Assembly: GCA_033763315.1 (NCBI GenBank)
Contig: JANRKS010000015.1
Coordinates: 1 to 41,953, forward strand
Length of the DNA: 41,953 bases
Origin: Deltaproteobacteria bacterium
Lineage (GTDB): Bacteria; Myxococcota_A; Polyangia; Fen-1088
Reading direction: 5' to 3'
The translations under genes were made by a program, and so were the position numbers. Every line of letters starts with the position of its first letter. Positions within the stretch are counted from its first letter, which is position 1. This document shows, piece after piece, positions 8,134 to 17,875 of this stretch. Under the pieces are notes generated by a model. The model was not told the DNA's origin. It worked only from the letters and a program-made list of their open reading frames with translations, and searched no databases.

Positions 8134-8979
8134 CTAGGTGCCAAGATAAACTTCAACGACGCGAGGGTGCTTCTGGATGTCTTCCATTTTGCCCTCTGCC
8201 AACACGTGGCCCTCGTGCAGCACGGTGACCTTGCGGGCGATGTTGCGCACGAATTCCATATCGTGTTCAACCACCACCACGGTGCATTCGCCCGCCAACG
8301 AAACCAGAAGCTGTGCGGTGTGCTCCATCTCTTGATGGGTCATCCCGGCGACCGGCTCGTCCACCAGCAGCACCTTGGGCTCCTGCACCAACAGCATGCC
8401 GATCTCCAGCCACTGCTTGTGGCCGTGGGCCAAGAGGCCTGCCTTCTGCTCCGCCTTGTCCGCGAGGCCAATCAATGCCAGCGTCTTCTCCACACTTTCA
8501 CGCTGGCGCTTTTCTAAGCCACGAAACAAATTGCGAAACACGCCCTTGGGCCCTTTGCAGGCAAGCTCCAGGTTCTCGCGCACAGTGTGGCCCTGGAACA
8601 CCGTGGGGCGCTGAAACTTTCGCCCCACACCCAATCGCGCGATCTCCCATTCTGCTTTGGCGGTCAGGTCACAATCCAGGCTTTCAAGGAAAACGCCGCC
8701 TTGATCGGGCTGGGTTTTGCCCGTGATCACATCCATTAGCGTGGTTTTGCCCGCACCGTTGGGACCAATGATGCAGCGAAGTTCGCCACGATCAAGCTCA
8801 AGCGTTAGATCGTTGAGTGCGCGAAAGCCATCGAACGAAACGGTGACGCCATCCACCCACAGCACCAGCTCGGGACGAAATGGCACGGGCGCGCGGGACA
8901 CCGTCTTGATGCGCTTGTGTGGCTTGGCAAGCGCTGTTGACTCGGATGATTCAACAGCTTCTGCGGTGGCGGTTTTCAT
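8134..8979 (-). CDS. urtD: Urea ABC transporter ATP-binding subunit UrtD
   Basis: VSFDGFRALN, GPNGAGKTTLMDVITGKT, GRKFQRPTVF, QWLEIGM, VVEHDM. Start moved to ATG 8979, which overlaps the urtC stop. Confidence 0.93.
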   Translation of the reverse strand: MKTATAEAVESSESTALAKPHKRIKTVSRAPVPFRPELVLWVDGVTVSFDGFRALNDLTLELDRGELRCIIGPNGAGKTTLMDVITGKTQPDQGGVFLESLDCDLTAKAEWEIARLGVGRKFQRPTVFQGHTVRENLELACKGPKGVFRNLFRGLEKRQRESVEKTLALIGLADKAEQKAGLLAHGHKQWLEIGMLLVQEPKVLLVDEPVAGMTHQEMEHTAQLLVSLAGECTVVVVEHDMEFVRNIARKVTVLHEGHVLAEGKMEDIQKHPRVVEVYLGT

Positions 8980-10076
8980 GGTGCCACCGCCCGTTTGCGA
9001 AAGCGCGCCATCACTTTGCCAATCAAGCTGTACACGCCGCCCGGCAAAAACAATGTCACAAGGATGAACAGGCCGCCCAATGCGTAAAGCCACACTTCGG
9101 GAAACGCACCTGTAAGCCAGCTCTTGCCACCATTGACCAACCACGCGCCCAAGATGGCGCCGCTCAGCGTGCCGCGGCCGCCCACCGCAACCCAAATGGC
9201 CATCTCGATGGAACTTGCGGGCTGCATTTCGCTGGGGTTGATGATGCCCACTTGCGGAACATAAAGCGCGCCGGCAAACCCGCACATGGCCGCTGACAGC
9301 GTCCACACGAAGAGTTTGTAGTTGGTTGATTCATAGCCGCAGAAGCGCGTCTTCAATTCACCATCGCGGATGGCCGCCACCACGCGGCCCATACGGCTTG
9401 TGACAACAAACCGGCAAAGCACATAAATGCCAAGCAGTGCGACCGCTGATATCACATAAAGGCCGATCTTGGTGGAGGGGCTTTGCAACGCGAAGCCCGC
9501 GATGCGCTTAAAGTCCGTGAGTCCGTTGTTGCCGCCAAAGCCCGTGGCGTTCTGAAAGAACAACATCATCGCGGCGTAGGTCAACGCTTGCGTCACGATG
9601 GAAAGATAGACGCCTTTGATCTTCGAGCGGAACGTTAAGAAGCCAAAGACGAACGCCAACAGGCCTGGCACCACCATCGCCATGCACACCGCAAACGGAA
9701 AGCTATCAAAGCCGTACCACGTCCACGGCAGCGCTTTCCAATCGAGAAATACCATAAAATCCGGCAATTCGCTGCGGTATACGCCTTCGCCACTCATCGA
9801 GCGCATGAGGTACATGCCCATAGCGTAGCCACCGAGCGCGAAAAACAGGCCGTGTCCCAGACTCAGAATGCCGGCGAAACCCCACACCAAATCCACAGCG
9901 AGCGCAACCATCGCGTAGCAAAGGAACTTGCCCACCAAAGGCACGAGGTGTGGGGGCAACAGGCCCGTGACCGGCAAAGCGATCACCGCGGCCAAGGCCA
10001 CGAACATGCAAAGCCAAACCTTCGGTGTGTGGATGCGAACGCTGGTGCTGCGCAGATTGTCGAGGAACGCTGACAT
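8976..10076 (-). CDS. urtC: Urea ABC transporter permease UrtC
   Basis: GILSLGHGLFFALGGYAMGMYL, LPDFMVFLDW, KGVYLSIVTQAL, GGNNGLTDFK, PQVGIINP. Confidence 0.94.
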   Translation of the reverse strand: MSAFLDNLRSTSVRIHTPKVWLCMFVALAAVIALPVTGLLPPHLVPLVGKFLCYAMVALAVDLVWGFAGILSLGHGLFFALGGYAMGMYLMRSMSGEGVYRSELPDFMVFLDWKALPWTWYGFDSFPFAVCMAMVVPGLLAFVFGFLTFRSKIKGVYLSIVTQALTYAAMMLFFQNATGFGGNNGLTDFKRIAGFALQSPSTKIGLYVISAVALLGIYVLCRFVVTSRMGRVVAAIRDGELKTRFCGYESTNYKLFVWTLSAAMCGFAGALYVPQVGIINPSEMQPASSIEMAIWVAVGGRGTLSGAILGAWLVNGGKSWLTGAFPEVWLYALGGLFILVTLFLPGGVYSLIGKVMARFRKRAVAP

Positions 10077-10082
10077 TGTGCT

Positions 10083-11723
10083 TTAAGCCTCCACGCGTCC
10101 CTTCAAGGCAAACATGCCTTGCGGGCGCCGTTGAATGAACAGGATGATGATGCAAAGCACGGCGATTTTACCCATCACGGCACCCGCGAAAGGCTCAATG
10201 AGTTTGTTCAACATGCCAAGGCCCAACGATGAAGCGATGGTGCCCATCAGACGGCCGACGCCGCCCAAAACAACAATCATGAACGAATCGATGATGTAAC
10301 CCTGCCCGAGTTCAGGGCCCACGTTGCCAAGCTGCGAGAGCGCCACGCCCCCTAGGCCCGCGATGCCTGAGCCGAGCGCAAAGATCCACGAATCCACGCG
10401 ACGGGTGGGCACGCCCAAACACGCAGCCATCGAACGGTTCTGCGAGATCGCACGCACATGCAGGCCGAGCGACGTCTTTTGAAGAATCAGCCACACCGCC
10501 AACGCCACCAGGCAGGCAAAGCCCACAACAGCGATGCGGCTCCACGGAAACACGAGGCCCATAGCGATCGTCAGACCGCCCGCCAAATAGTCGGGTGTGG
10601 CCACCGCCACGTTCTGTGCGCCAAAAATCAGCCGTACGGTTTGGATCAACACCAAGCTGATGCCCCACGTGGCCAACAAACTTTCAAGCGGCCGTCCGTA
10701 AAGAAAACGCAGCACGGAGCGCTCCATCAGGAGGCCCACAAGGGCCGTGACCAAAAACGCCAAGGGAATCGACGCGACCAAGTAAAGGCCACTGACGCTT
10801 GGAAAATGTGAGGCGAATGCCACTTGAACCGCATAGGTTGTGTAGGCGCCCAACATCAGCATCTCCCCGTGGGCCATGTTGATGACACCCATTAAGCCAA
10901 ACGTCACCGCCAAGCCAAGCGCCGCCAACAGCAACACACTGGCGAGGCTTATGCCATGGATCAAATGGCCGCCCAAACGAATGAACTCTTGCCGCCGATC
11001 GATTGTGCCAAGCGTGCTGGCCGCCGCCGCTCGCACCTCCGCGTCGGGATCGCCTCCCTTGCTGGGCTCACGTACAAGCGGCGCCACGTCGCTGCGGGTG
11101 CTCGGATCGGCTCGGTCTTCCAAGATCTTCAAGGCCGCGAGGCGAAGCGCCTTATCGGGCGACGCCAGATCCATCTTTGCCACCGCGAGTTCAAGCGCGG
11201 TCTTGGTTTCAGCATCTGTCTCTTTGAGCAGGCGTGCGCGCAACAACGGGGCCGCGTCTTGGGCGCCACGCTTCAACAATTCTTCCACCGCTGCGCGACG
11301 TATGGTTGCCTCGGGAGCGTTTAACTGCAAGCGGGCAAGCAACGGCATCACAGTGCGGCGCAAAACGTTTGTCATCCGCACGGCCTGCAGGCCCGAAGGT
11401 GCCGGAGTCACAGGCTGGCCCGTGAAAGGATCGCGTGCGATGCGATCTTTGTTCTTGATGAACACGCCGCCTTGCGGGTCTACGTAAAGTGCATCGTCCT
11501 GCAGTGCCTGCAACGGGCCAAGCAGGTCGGCGCCGTCGAACTTCGTTAGCTCAGCCACCGCGGCTTCCACTTTATCGCCATCATCACTGGCCAAAGCCGC
11601 CAGGGCTTTTGCGAGCGCGTCGTGCGTTTCGTCGGCCTGGGCGAAAGCCGGTGCCGCAAGCGCCGCGGCGAACAACAGAACAAGCTTAGACCAAAGATTG
11701 ATTCGAGACTTGTGCTGTTGCAC
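10083..11723 (-). CDS. urtB: Urea ABC transporter permease UrtB with periplasmic HEAT-like N-terminal domain
   Basis: LGLAVTFGLMGVINMAHGE, LYGRPLESLLATWG, GNVGPELGQGYIIDSF, FIQRRPQG. Confidence 0.93.
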   Translation of the reverse strand: MQQHKSRINLWSKLVLLFAAALAAPAFAQADETHDALAKALAALASDDGDKVEAAVAELTKFDGADLLGPLQALQDDALYVDPQGGVFIKNKDRIARDPFTGQPVTPAPSGLQAVRMTNVLRRTVMPLLARLQLNAPEATIRRAAVEELLKRGAQDAAPLLRARLLKETDAETKTALELAVAKMDLASPDKALRLAALKILEDRADPSTRSDVAPLVREPSKGGDPDAEVRAAAASTLGTIDRRQEFIRLGGHLIHGISLASVLLLAALGLAVTFGLMGVINMAHGEMLMLGAYTTYAVQVAFASHFPSVSGLYLVASIPLAFLVTALVGLLMERSVLRFLYGRPLESLLATWGISLVLIQTVRLIFGAQNVAVATPDYLAGGLTIAMGLVFPWSRIAVVGFACLVALAVWLILQKTSLGLHVRAISQNRSMAACLGVPTRRVDSWIFALGSGIAGLGGVALSQLGNVGPELGQGYIIDSFMIVVLGGVGRLMGTIASSLGLGMLNKLIEPFAGAVMGKIAVLCIIILFIQRRPQGMFALKGRVEA

Positions 11724-11762
11724 GCGCGCGGTCCTCCGGTGGTTTAACAGGGAGATGAAGAA

Positions 11763-13160
11763 CTACTCAGCCATGGCCGAGAATTTGGGCTTTTCGCAGT
11801 TGCCGCATACCCAAGGGTAAGTCCAGTCGGCCACCTTCTTGGCACTTTCAGGAATAAACGGGCTCCAGGCTTGTGCACGCACGGGGCCAGGCGTTTTCCA
11901 GACCACGTTGAACTGACCATCGGCGCGCACCTCTGCGATGAACACAGGCTTGTGCAGGTGGTGGTTCTTTGCGTCCATTGTGATCTCGAAGCCCGAAGGC
12001 GCCTTAACCTTTTGGTAGCCAATGGCCTGGCGAACGGCATCGACGTTGGTGCTCTTGGCTTGCTCGACGGCGGCCGCCCACATCTTGATGCCAATGTATG
12101 TGGCTTCCATTGGATCGTTGGTGACGCGCTTGTCGCCGCCGGGCAGGTTGTTCTTCTTGACGTATGTCATCCATTTCTCGATGAACGCCTTGTTCTCAGG
12201 CGTATCTATCGACATGAAGTAGTTCCACGCCGCCAAGTGGCCCACGAGTGGCTTCGTGTCCACGCCACGCAATTCTTCTTCGCCCACCGAGAACGCCACC
12301 ACGGGGACGTCTTCGGCTTTGAGGCCCTGGTTGCCGAGCTCTTTGTAGAACGGCACGTTCGAGTCGCCGTTGATGGTTGAGATAACCGCCGTGCGCTTGG
12401 CTGCCGCGAACTTCTTTACGTCGTTGACGATCGTTTGGTAGTCACTGTGACCAAACGGCGTGTACGTCTCCATGATGTCGTCGTCGGTGATGCCCTTCGA
12501 GTGCAGGAAGTAGCGCAAGATTTTGTTCGTGGTGCGCGGGTAAACGTAATCGGTGCCAAGCAGCACGAAACGTTTGGCGCCTCCGCCTTGCTTGCTCATC
12601 AAGTATTCCACAGCTGGAATCGCTTGTTGGTTGGGGGCCGCGCCCGTGTAGAACACGTTGAACGACGACTCTTCGCCTTCGTACTGAACAGGGTAGAACA
12701 ACAAACCGTTGAGCTCTTCGAACACCGGAAGCACGGACTTGCGCGACACGGAGGTCCAACAGCCGAAGGTCACGGCGACCTTTTCCTTCTGCAGCAGCTC
12801 ACGGGCTTTTTCGGCAAATAGTGGCCAGTTCGACGCTGGGTCAACCACCACGGGTTCCACTTTGCGACCCAGCAGGCCGCCCGCCTCGTTGATCTCTTCG
12901 ATCGCCATCAAGGCCACGTCTTTGAGCGAGGTTTCGCTGATCGCCATCGTGCCCGACAACGAGTGCAAGATGCCAACTTTGATCGGGCCCTTGTCATCGG
13001 CGGGAGCGGGTGCCGGTGCAGCGACCACGGGGGCCGCTGTTGTTGCCTCCGGTGGCTTCTCTTTTTGGCAGGCAATCAACGTTGAAACGGCCATTGCCAA
13101 CATCCCTACCCACCCGCTTGCCGCGAAAGCGGTGGTGCGGTTCTTGTCTCGCTTGATCAT
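11763..13160 (-). CDS. urtA: Urea ABC transporter substrate-binding lipoprotein UrtA
   Basis: IKVGILHSLSGTMAISE, FGCWTSVSRKSVLP, FYPVQYEG, GTDYVYPRTTN; lipobox LIAC followed by a Pro/Ala linker. Confidence 0.95.
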   Translation of the reverse strand: MIKRDKNRTTAFAASGWVGMLAMAVSTLIACQKEKPPEATTAAPVVAAPAPAPADDKGPIKVGILHSLSGTMAISETSLKDVALMAIEEINEAGGLLGRKVEPVVVDPASNWPLFAEKARELLQKEKVAVTFGCWTSVSRKSVLPVFEELNGLLFYPVQYEGEESSFNVFYTGAAPNQQAIPAVEYLMSKQGGGAKRFVLLGTDYVYPRTTNKILRYFLHSKGITDDDIMETYTPFGHSDYQTIVNDVKKFAAAKRTAVISTINGDSNVPFYKELGNQGLKAEDVPVVAFSVGEEELRGVDTKPLVGHLAAWNYFMSIDTPENKAFIEKWMTYVKKNNLPGGDKRVTNDPMEATYIGIKMWAAAVEQAKSTNVDAVRQAIGYQKVKAPSGFEITMDAKNHHLHKPVFIAEVRADGQFNVVWKTPGPVRAQAWSPFIPESAKKVADWTYPWVCGNCEKPKFSAMAE

Positions 13161-13220
13161 TTCTGTCTCCCTGGTCCTCGTTGAAATCCGCTACCCGAAG
13201 TGAGTTGCGCTCGGGCCCCG

Positions 13221-13274
13221 ACACTACTCGTGCGAAGTATCGGATAGGTTTCACAGCAATGAAACGTTGGTAAA
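13221..13274 (-). promoter_or_regulatory. urtA promoter with 11-bp-phased direct repeats and a -10-like hexamer
   Basis: Minus strand TTTAC-n6-TTCAT-n6-GAAAC-n6-GATAC-n10-TAGTGT. Confidence 0.6.
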
Positions 13275-13308
13275 CAGGTCCACGGATCGAAACGCTCGCT
13301 TGTATGCG

Positions 13309-15129
13309 TCACGATGATGCGTGACCAATGAACGCGCGCCAGTTGCCAAACGGGGAAATATCGCGCGCGTTGATGGTGCTTGCGGCTTCGCAGATGAACC
13401 CTGTCACCAGGTGGCCGTCGGCAAGTTCAACTTTGCCGATGCCCAACGGCGCCGCGACGCCCGCGGTAAACGAACCCAAATGTTCAATGGGCATGGCCCA
13501 CAGCTCACCTTGCACGCTCACACCATTGTCGTTGACACGCACAAGGCCCGGCCTTGCCACGGTGCCACCGGGCAACGCGAGGAATTTGTAAACGGGTGCT
13601 GTGTGCATGGTGGCGAGGAACACAGCGCCGCGGCTTAACATTTGCTGCACGAGCGGTTGGCCCCGCATATGTGCGCCCATCACAAAGAGCGGTGACCAAC
13701 CACTTGTTGTGTTTACGAAGGGACTCGGTTCAGCAGCCCCAATTTGTGTGGGCCCACTGGCGCCGAGCCGCTGGTTGCAGGCCGCGTGCAAATGTGCCCC
13801 GATGCCGCTGAGCAAACTGTCGCGTTGGGCAGGGGCCAGCAAGGTCACGCCTGCCGGCAAGCCATCTTCGCGAAACCCTGTGGGCACTGCCAATCCGCAC
13901 ATGTTCAGCAAGTTTACGAAATTTGTGTAGCGCCCGAGCTCGGCGTTGAGGCCCACGGGATCCGCGTGTATTTGCTCGCGGGTGAAAATCGTGGGCGTGG
14001 TGGGCACCACCAGAACATCCACTCCGGTCCATATGGCCGCCGCTTGCGTGCGCAATGAAGCCAAGCGCCGCTGGCCCACGAACACGTCGGTGGCCTTGAT
14101 GGCGCTCGCTTTTGCGAGGATGCCACGCACCACAAGATCGAACGCTTGCGGTTGGGCGCGCAGCAAAGCGCCGCTGGCTTCTAGGCGCTCTGCCACCCAC
14201 GGGCCTGTGTAAAGTAACTCCGCCGCGCGTAACAAGGGATCGATGTCGATTTCAAGAAGGTCCGCGCCTTGAGCCACCAGGGCGTCGCACGCGGCGCGAA
14301 AGTTTGCTTCTGCCAAGCGATCGTTCAAGAACGACAGTTGCCTTGGCAGCGGTACACCCACGCGGATGTGGCCCGGCACAAACGCGGCCGTGGCCCGCCA
14401 CGAGTCGGCGCTGGGAAGGCTTTCAGGACAAGCTGGATCAAATCCCTTGGCCACATCAGCAACCGCGGTCGCATCCGCAACGGTTAACGCAAACACAGAC
14501 ACACAATCCAGCGACGCGCACGCGGGGACCACGCCTTTGGTGCTGAGCATCCCCTTGGTGGGCTTGAGCCCCACGATGTTGCCGAACCCCGCAGGCACGC
14601 GCCCTGAGCCTGCGGTGTCCGTGCCCAACGCAAACGAGGCGTATCCCCGCGTGACGGCCACGGCCGAGCCAGAGCTAGAGCCGCCAGCGATGTACTTATC
14701 GTTGAACACATTTGCGGGGGTGCCATAGGGCGAGCGTGTGCCAACCAAGCCTGTGGCGAACTGATCGAGATTCGTTTTGCCCAACACCAACGCGCCGGCA
14801 TCGAGCAGCTTCTGCACCACCGTGGCATTCTGGGTTGGCGTATACGCAAACTTCGGGCAAGCGGCGGTGGTGTTGAAGCCGAGGGCGTCGATGTTGTCTT
14901 TCACGACGAACGGAACCCCCCACAGCGGGCCGCGGGCTGCGCTCACCGCGTTGAGCCGACGGGCGGCCGCCATGACCATCGCGCGAGGCGCGAGCTCAAT
15001 GAAGACGCCGGGCACATCTTCAGCGGCGATGCGTTCATAGATGGCATCGATCACCGCTTCGGGCGTCAACGAGCCGGCGCTGTAATGCGCCTGCAGTGAT
15101 GCAATCGTTAAGGCCTCGATGGGCAGCAC
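13309..15129 (-). CDS. atzF: Allophanate hydrolase
   Basis: Amidase triad motifs FVVKDNID, GGSSSGS, GTDTAGSGRVPA; LGRYTNFVNLL; C-terminal domain GAHMRGQPL..RPGL..PLGIG. Start set to GTG 15129 (606 aa). Confidence 0.93.
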   Translation of the reverse strand: MLPIEALTIASLQAHYSAGSLTPEAVIDAIYERIAAEDVPGVFIELAPRAMVMAAARRLNAVSAARGPLWGVPFVVKDNIDALGFNTTAACPKFAYTPTQNATVVQKLLDAGALVLGKTNLDQFATGLVGTRSPYGTPANVFNDKYIAGGSSSGSAVAVTRGYASFALGTDTAGSGRVPAGFGNIVGLKPTKGMLSTKGVVPACASLDCVSVFALTVADATAVADVAKGFDPACPESLPSADSWRATAAFVPGHIRVGVPLPRQLSFLNDRLAEANFRAACDALVAQGADLLEIDIDPLLRAAELLYTGPWVAERLEASGALLRAQPQAFDLVVRGILAKASAIKATDVFVGQRRLASLRTQAAAIWTGVDVLVVPTTPTIFTREQIHADPVGLNAELGRYTNFVNLLNMCGLAVPTGFREDGLPAGVTLLAPAQRDSLLSGIGAHLHAACNQRLGASGPTQIGAAEPSPFVNTTSGWSPLFVMGAHMRGQPLVQQMLSRGAVFLATMHTAPVYKFLALPGGTVARPGLVRVNDNGVSVQGELWAMPIEHLGSFTAGVAAPLGIGKVELADGHLVTGFICEAASTINARDISPFGNWRAFIGHASS

Positions 15130-15190
15130 GAAACTTAGAATGCCTGCGATTTTGTCAACGTGGGCGCCGTTCTTGCGGGCCCATGGAGGT

Positions 15191-15245
15191 TTAACGGCAG
15201 AGGTACCACGTTGAAACTCAACCGAAACATGAGCCGGCTTATAAG
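15191..15245 (+). promoter_or_regulatory. biuH-urease operon promoter with four 11-bp-phased pentamers and a -10-like hexamer
   Basis: TTAAC-n6-GGTAC-n6-GAAAC-n6-GAAAC-n11-TATAAG. Confidence 0.65.
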
Positions 15246-15265
15246 CAACGGGTGACGAGGAATGC

Positions 15266-15958
15266 ATGAAACACGTATCAGCGAAACCCTATGCATGGCC
15301 TTGGAATGGTGATCTGCGGCCGCAGAACACCGCGCTTGTTGTCATCGACATGCAAACCGACTTTTGCGGCAAAGGTGGATACATCGATCAGCTGGGCTAC
15401 GACATCTCGTTGACCCGCAAACCGATCGAGCCGATCAAAGCGGTGCTCGCAAGCCTGCGCCGCCACGGCTTTCACATCATGCACACGCGTGAGGGGCATC
15501 GGCCTGATTTGGCGGATCTGCCTGCCAACAAGCGGTGGCGCTCGCGCCAAACCGAGCATGGCAGCTCAGGCATCGGCATTGGTGATCCCGGGCCTTGCGG
15601 CCGCGTGTTGGTGCGCGGCGAGCCGGGCTGGGAGATCATCCCAGAGCTTGCGCCGCTGCCGGGTGAAGTCGTGATCGATAAGCCAGGCAAAGGCTCTTTT
15701 TATGCCACTGACTTTGATATGACTCTGCGTCTGCGTGGCATTCAAAACATCATCCTCACAGGCATCACCACCGATGTGTGCGTGCACACCACTATGCGTG
15801 ACGCCAACGATCGCGGTTATGAATGCCTGTTGTTGGCTGATTGCTGTGCGGCCACCGATCAGGGCAACCACGAGGCCGCCTTGAAGATGGTGACGATGCA
15901 AAATGGCGTTTTTGGCGCCATCTCCACTTCAGGGGCGCTCATCGAGGCGCTCGGTTGA
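15266..15958 (+). CDS. biuH: Biuret hydrolase (isochorismatase-like cysteine hydrolase)
   Basis: [78 protein letters not shown] triad and BiuH-type specificity residues. Confidence 0.9.
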   Translation: MKHVSAKPYAWPWNGDLRPQNTALVVIDMQTDFCGKGGYIDQLGYDISLTRKPIEPIKAVLASLRRHGFHIMHTREGHRPDLADLPANKRWRSRQTEHGSSGIGIGDPGPCGRVLVRGEPGWEIIPELAPLPGEVVIDKPGKGSFYATDFDMTLRLRGIQNIILTGITTDVCVHTTMRDANDRGYECLLLADCCAATDQGNHEAALKMVTMQNGVFGAISTSGALIEALG

Positions 15959-16335
15959 AGCCGCCTTCGTCGCGTCCGCCTGCGCTTTCGTTTCCAGGGC
16001 TGCTCACGGCGGCGCTTGAACCAGAAAAGCTGTTGTGGGAGCCGTTTCGTGAAGGCGTGCAGATCTGTCGGCTGCAAGGCGATCCGGCGCGCGCGCCTGC
16101 GGCAGCTTTGCTGCGTTATGCGCCGGGTGCGATGGTGCCGCAGCACACGCACGAGGGTTGGGAATACATTCTGGTGTTGTCAGGCGCGCAAGAAGACGAC
16201 GACGGCGTTCACGAGGCAGGCACCTTGAAGGTAAACCCACCCGGCAGCACGCACGCGGTTTATGCACCCCAAGGCTGCACGGTGCTGGCCGTGTGGGAGC
16301 GCTCGGTCAGGTTTCACAAGGCGGAGGGCGCGTAG
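15955..16335 (+). CDS. ChrR-like cupin (cupin_7-type) protein
   Basis: [45 protein letters not shown]; the TTG start overlaps the biuH TGA. Confidence 0.8.
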   Translation: MKPPSSRPPALSFPGLLTAALEPEKLLWEPFREGVQICRLQGDPARAPAAALLRYAPGAMVPQHTHEGWEYILVLSGAQEDDDGVHEAGTLKVNPPGSTHAVYAPQGCTVLAVWERSVRFHKAEGA

Positions 16336-16337
16336 CC

Positions 16338-17198
16338 GTGCAGCCCTTCGCAGAGCCATTGAGCCACACACTGCCCGTGCGCGAATGGAAGGCGTGGCTG
16401 CGGTTGGGCTTTGCCAAAGAAGCCTGGGGCACGGCATTGGTGGATCGCGAACACTGTGGACCGCTACGCGTGCAAAAGCCGTTTTTTCCTGAGGGCGATG
16501 CGGTTTGTCACGTCTATGTGTTGCATCCGCCAGGCGGCCTTGTGCAAGGCGACAGCTTGTCAATCGCGGTCACCGTGGGGCAAGACGCGCACGCGCTGTT
16601 AACCACGCCCGCCGCCGGGAAAGTTTACCGCGGCGGCAACGTTCCCGCGGGGCAGACGGTGGTTGCAAACGTTGAGGCGCGCGGTGTGCTTGAGTGGCTG
16701 CCGCAAGAGACGATCGTGTATCGCGGCGCGCGCGCGCAATTGCGGACGCGCATCAACTTGGGTGACGACGCGAAAGTGTTGGCGTGGGAGATGGTGTGTT
16801 TAGGGCGGCCGGCGGCGGGCGAAACGTTTGACGAGGGTGAATGCGAGCTGCAGTTTGAAGTAAGCCGCAACGGCGTGCCCATTCATATCGAACGCAACCA
16901 CCTGCGTGGCGGCGAACCTGTGTTGCAGGCCGCTTGGGGCCTGCGGGGGTTCGCGGCGATGGGCACCATGGTGATCTTTCCGGCCACGCTTGCGTTGTTG
17001 GAAACGGCGCGGGTGTTATGTCACGGCGGCGAGGACGCCGCTTTATGCAGTGCCACCTTGGTTGAAGGCGCGCTGCTGTGTCGCATGCTTGCGCGCGACG
17101 GCGTGCAGGTGCGCGAACGCTTTACAAGAGTGTGGGAAGCGCTGCGGCCCTTGTGTCTTCACCGGCCCGGCAGTGCGCCGCGCATTTGGGCGACGTGA
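16338..17198 (+). CDS. ureD: Urease accessory protein UreD
   Basis: GPLRVQKPFFPEG, LHPPGGLVQGD, TTPAAGKVYR, LEWLPQETI, PRIWAT. Confidence 0.93.
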   Translation: MQPFAEPLSHTLPVREWKAWLRLGFAKEAWGTALVDREHCGPLRVQKPFFPEGDAVCHVYVLHPPGGLVQGDSLSIAVTVGQDAHALLTTPAAGKVYRGGNVPAGQTVVANVEARGVLEWLPQETIVYRGARAQLRTRINLGDDAKVLAWEMVCLGRPAAGETFDEGECELQFEVSRNGVPIHIERNHLRGGEPVLQAAWGLRGFAAMGTMVIFPATLALLETARVLCHGGEDAALCSATLVEGALLCRMLARDGVQVRERFTRVWEALRPLCLHRPGSAPRIWAT

Positions 17199-17227
17199 AA
17201 AAGAACGAAGCGTTGTGGAGATGACCT

Positions 17228-17875
17228 GTGGAATTGACCCCTCGTGAGAAAGACAAACTGCTGCTGTTTACCGCTGCCTTGCTTGCCGAGCGCCGCAAAG
17301 CCCGCGGCCTGAAGCTCAATTACCCTGAAGCTGTGGCCTTCATCTCGGCCGCCATATTAGAGGGCGCGCGCGATGGCAAATCGGTTGCGGAGCTCATGGC
17401 GTATGGCACGCAGCTGCTGCGTCCCGACGACGTGATGGAAGGCATCGCCGAATTGATCCCCGAAGTGCAGGTGGAGGCCACCTTTCCGGATGGCACGAAG
17501 CTGGTCACGGTTCACAACCCAATCGCCGCCACGAATAAAGTTGTGCCAGGCGTTATCGTGCTGGCGCCAGGCGAACCGCCGATTGAGATCAACGTGGGCC
17601 GCGAAACCACGCAGATCTTCGTGGCCAACTCAGGCGACCGGCCCGTGCAAGTGGGATCGCATTATCATTTCTTTGAGACGAACCCTGCCTTGCAGTTTGA
17701 TCGCCAGGCCGCCTATGGCATGCGCTTGAACATCGCCGCAGGCACGGCGGTGCGCTTCGAGCCGGGGCAAACGCGGCAGGTGGCGTTGGTGGCTTTTGCC
17801 GGGGCACGCGAAGTTTGGGGCTTTCGTGGTGAAGTTATGGGCGCCTTAGCGCCGCAAAAAGGGGGCACGCCATGA
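17228..17875 (+). CDS. ureAB: Fused urease gamma/beta subunit
   Basis: [28 protein letters not shown] (gamma) is continuous with [25 protein letters not shown] (beta). Confidence 0.95.
   Translation: MELTPREKDKLLLFTAALLAERRKARGLKLNYPEAVAFISAAILEGARDGKSVAELMAYGTQLLRPDDVMEGIAELIPEVQVEATFPDGTKLVTVHNPIAATNKVVPGVIVLAPGEPPIEINVGRETTQIFVANSGDRPVQVGSHYHFFETNPALQFDRQAAYGMRLNIAAGTAVRFEPGQTRQVALVAFAGAREVWGFRGEVMGALAPQKGGTP

Noticed and set aside
15266-15958. Guanylurea hydrolase or generic isochorismatase
   Set aside because: Gln in MQNGVFG and the overall motifs fit biuret hydrolase; as I recall, guanylurea hydrolase has Glu there.
15955-16335. ChrR anti-sigma factor
   Set aside because: Single cupin without a zinc anti-sigma domain or adjacent sigma; embedded in a catabolic operon.
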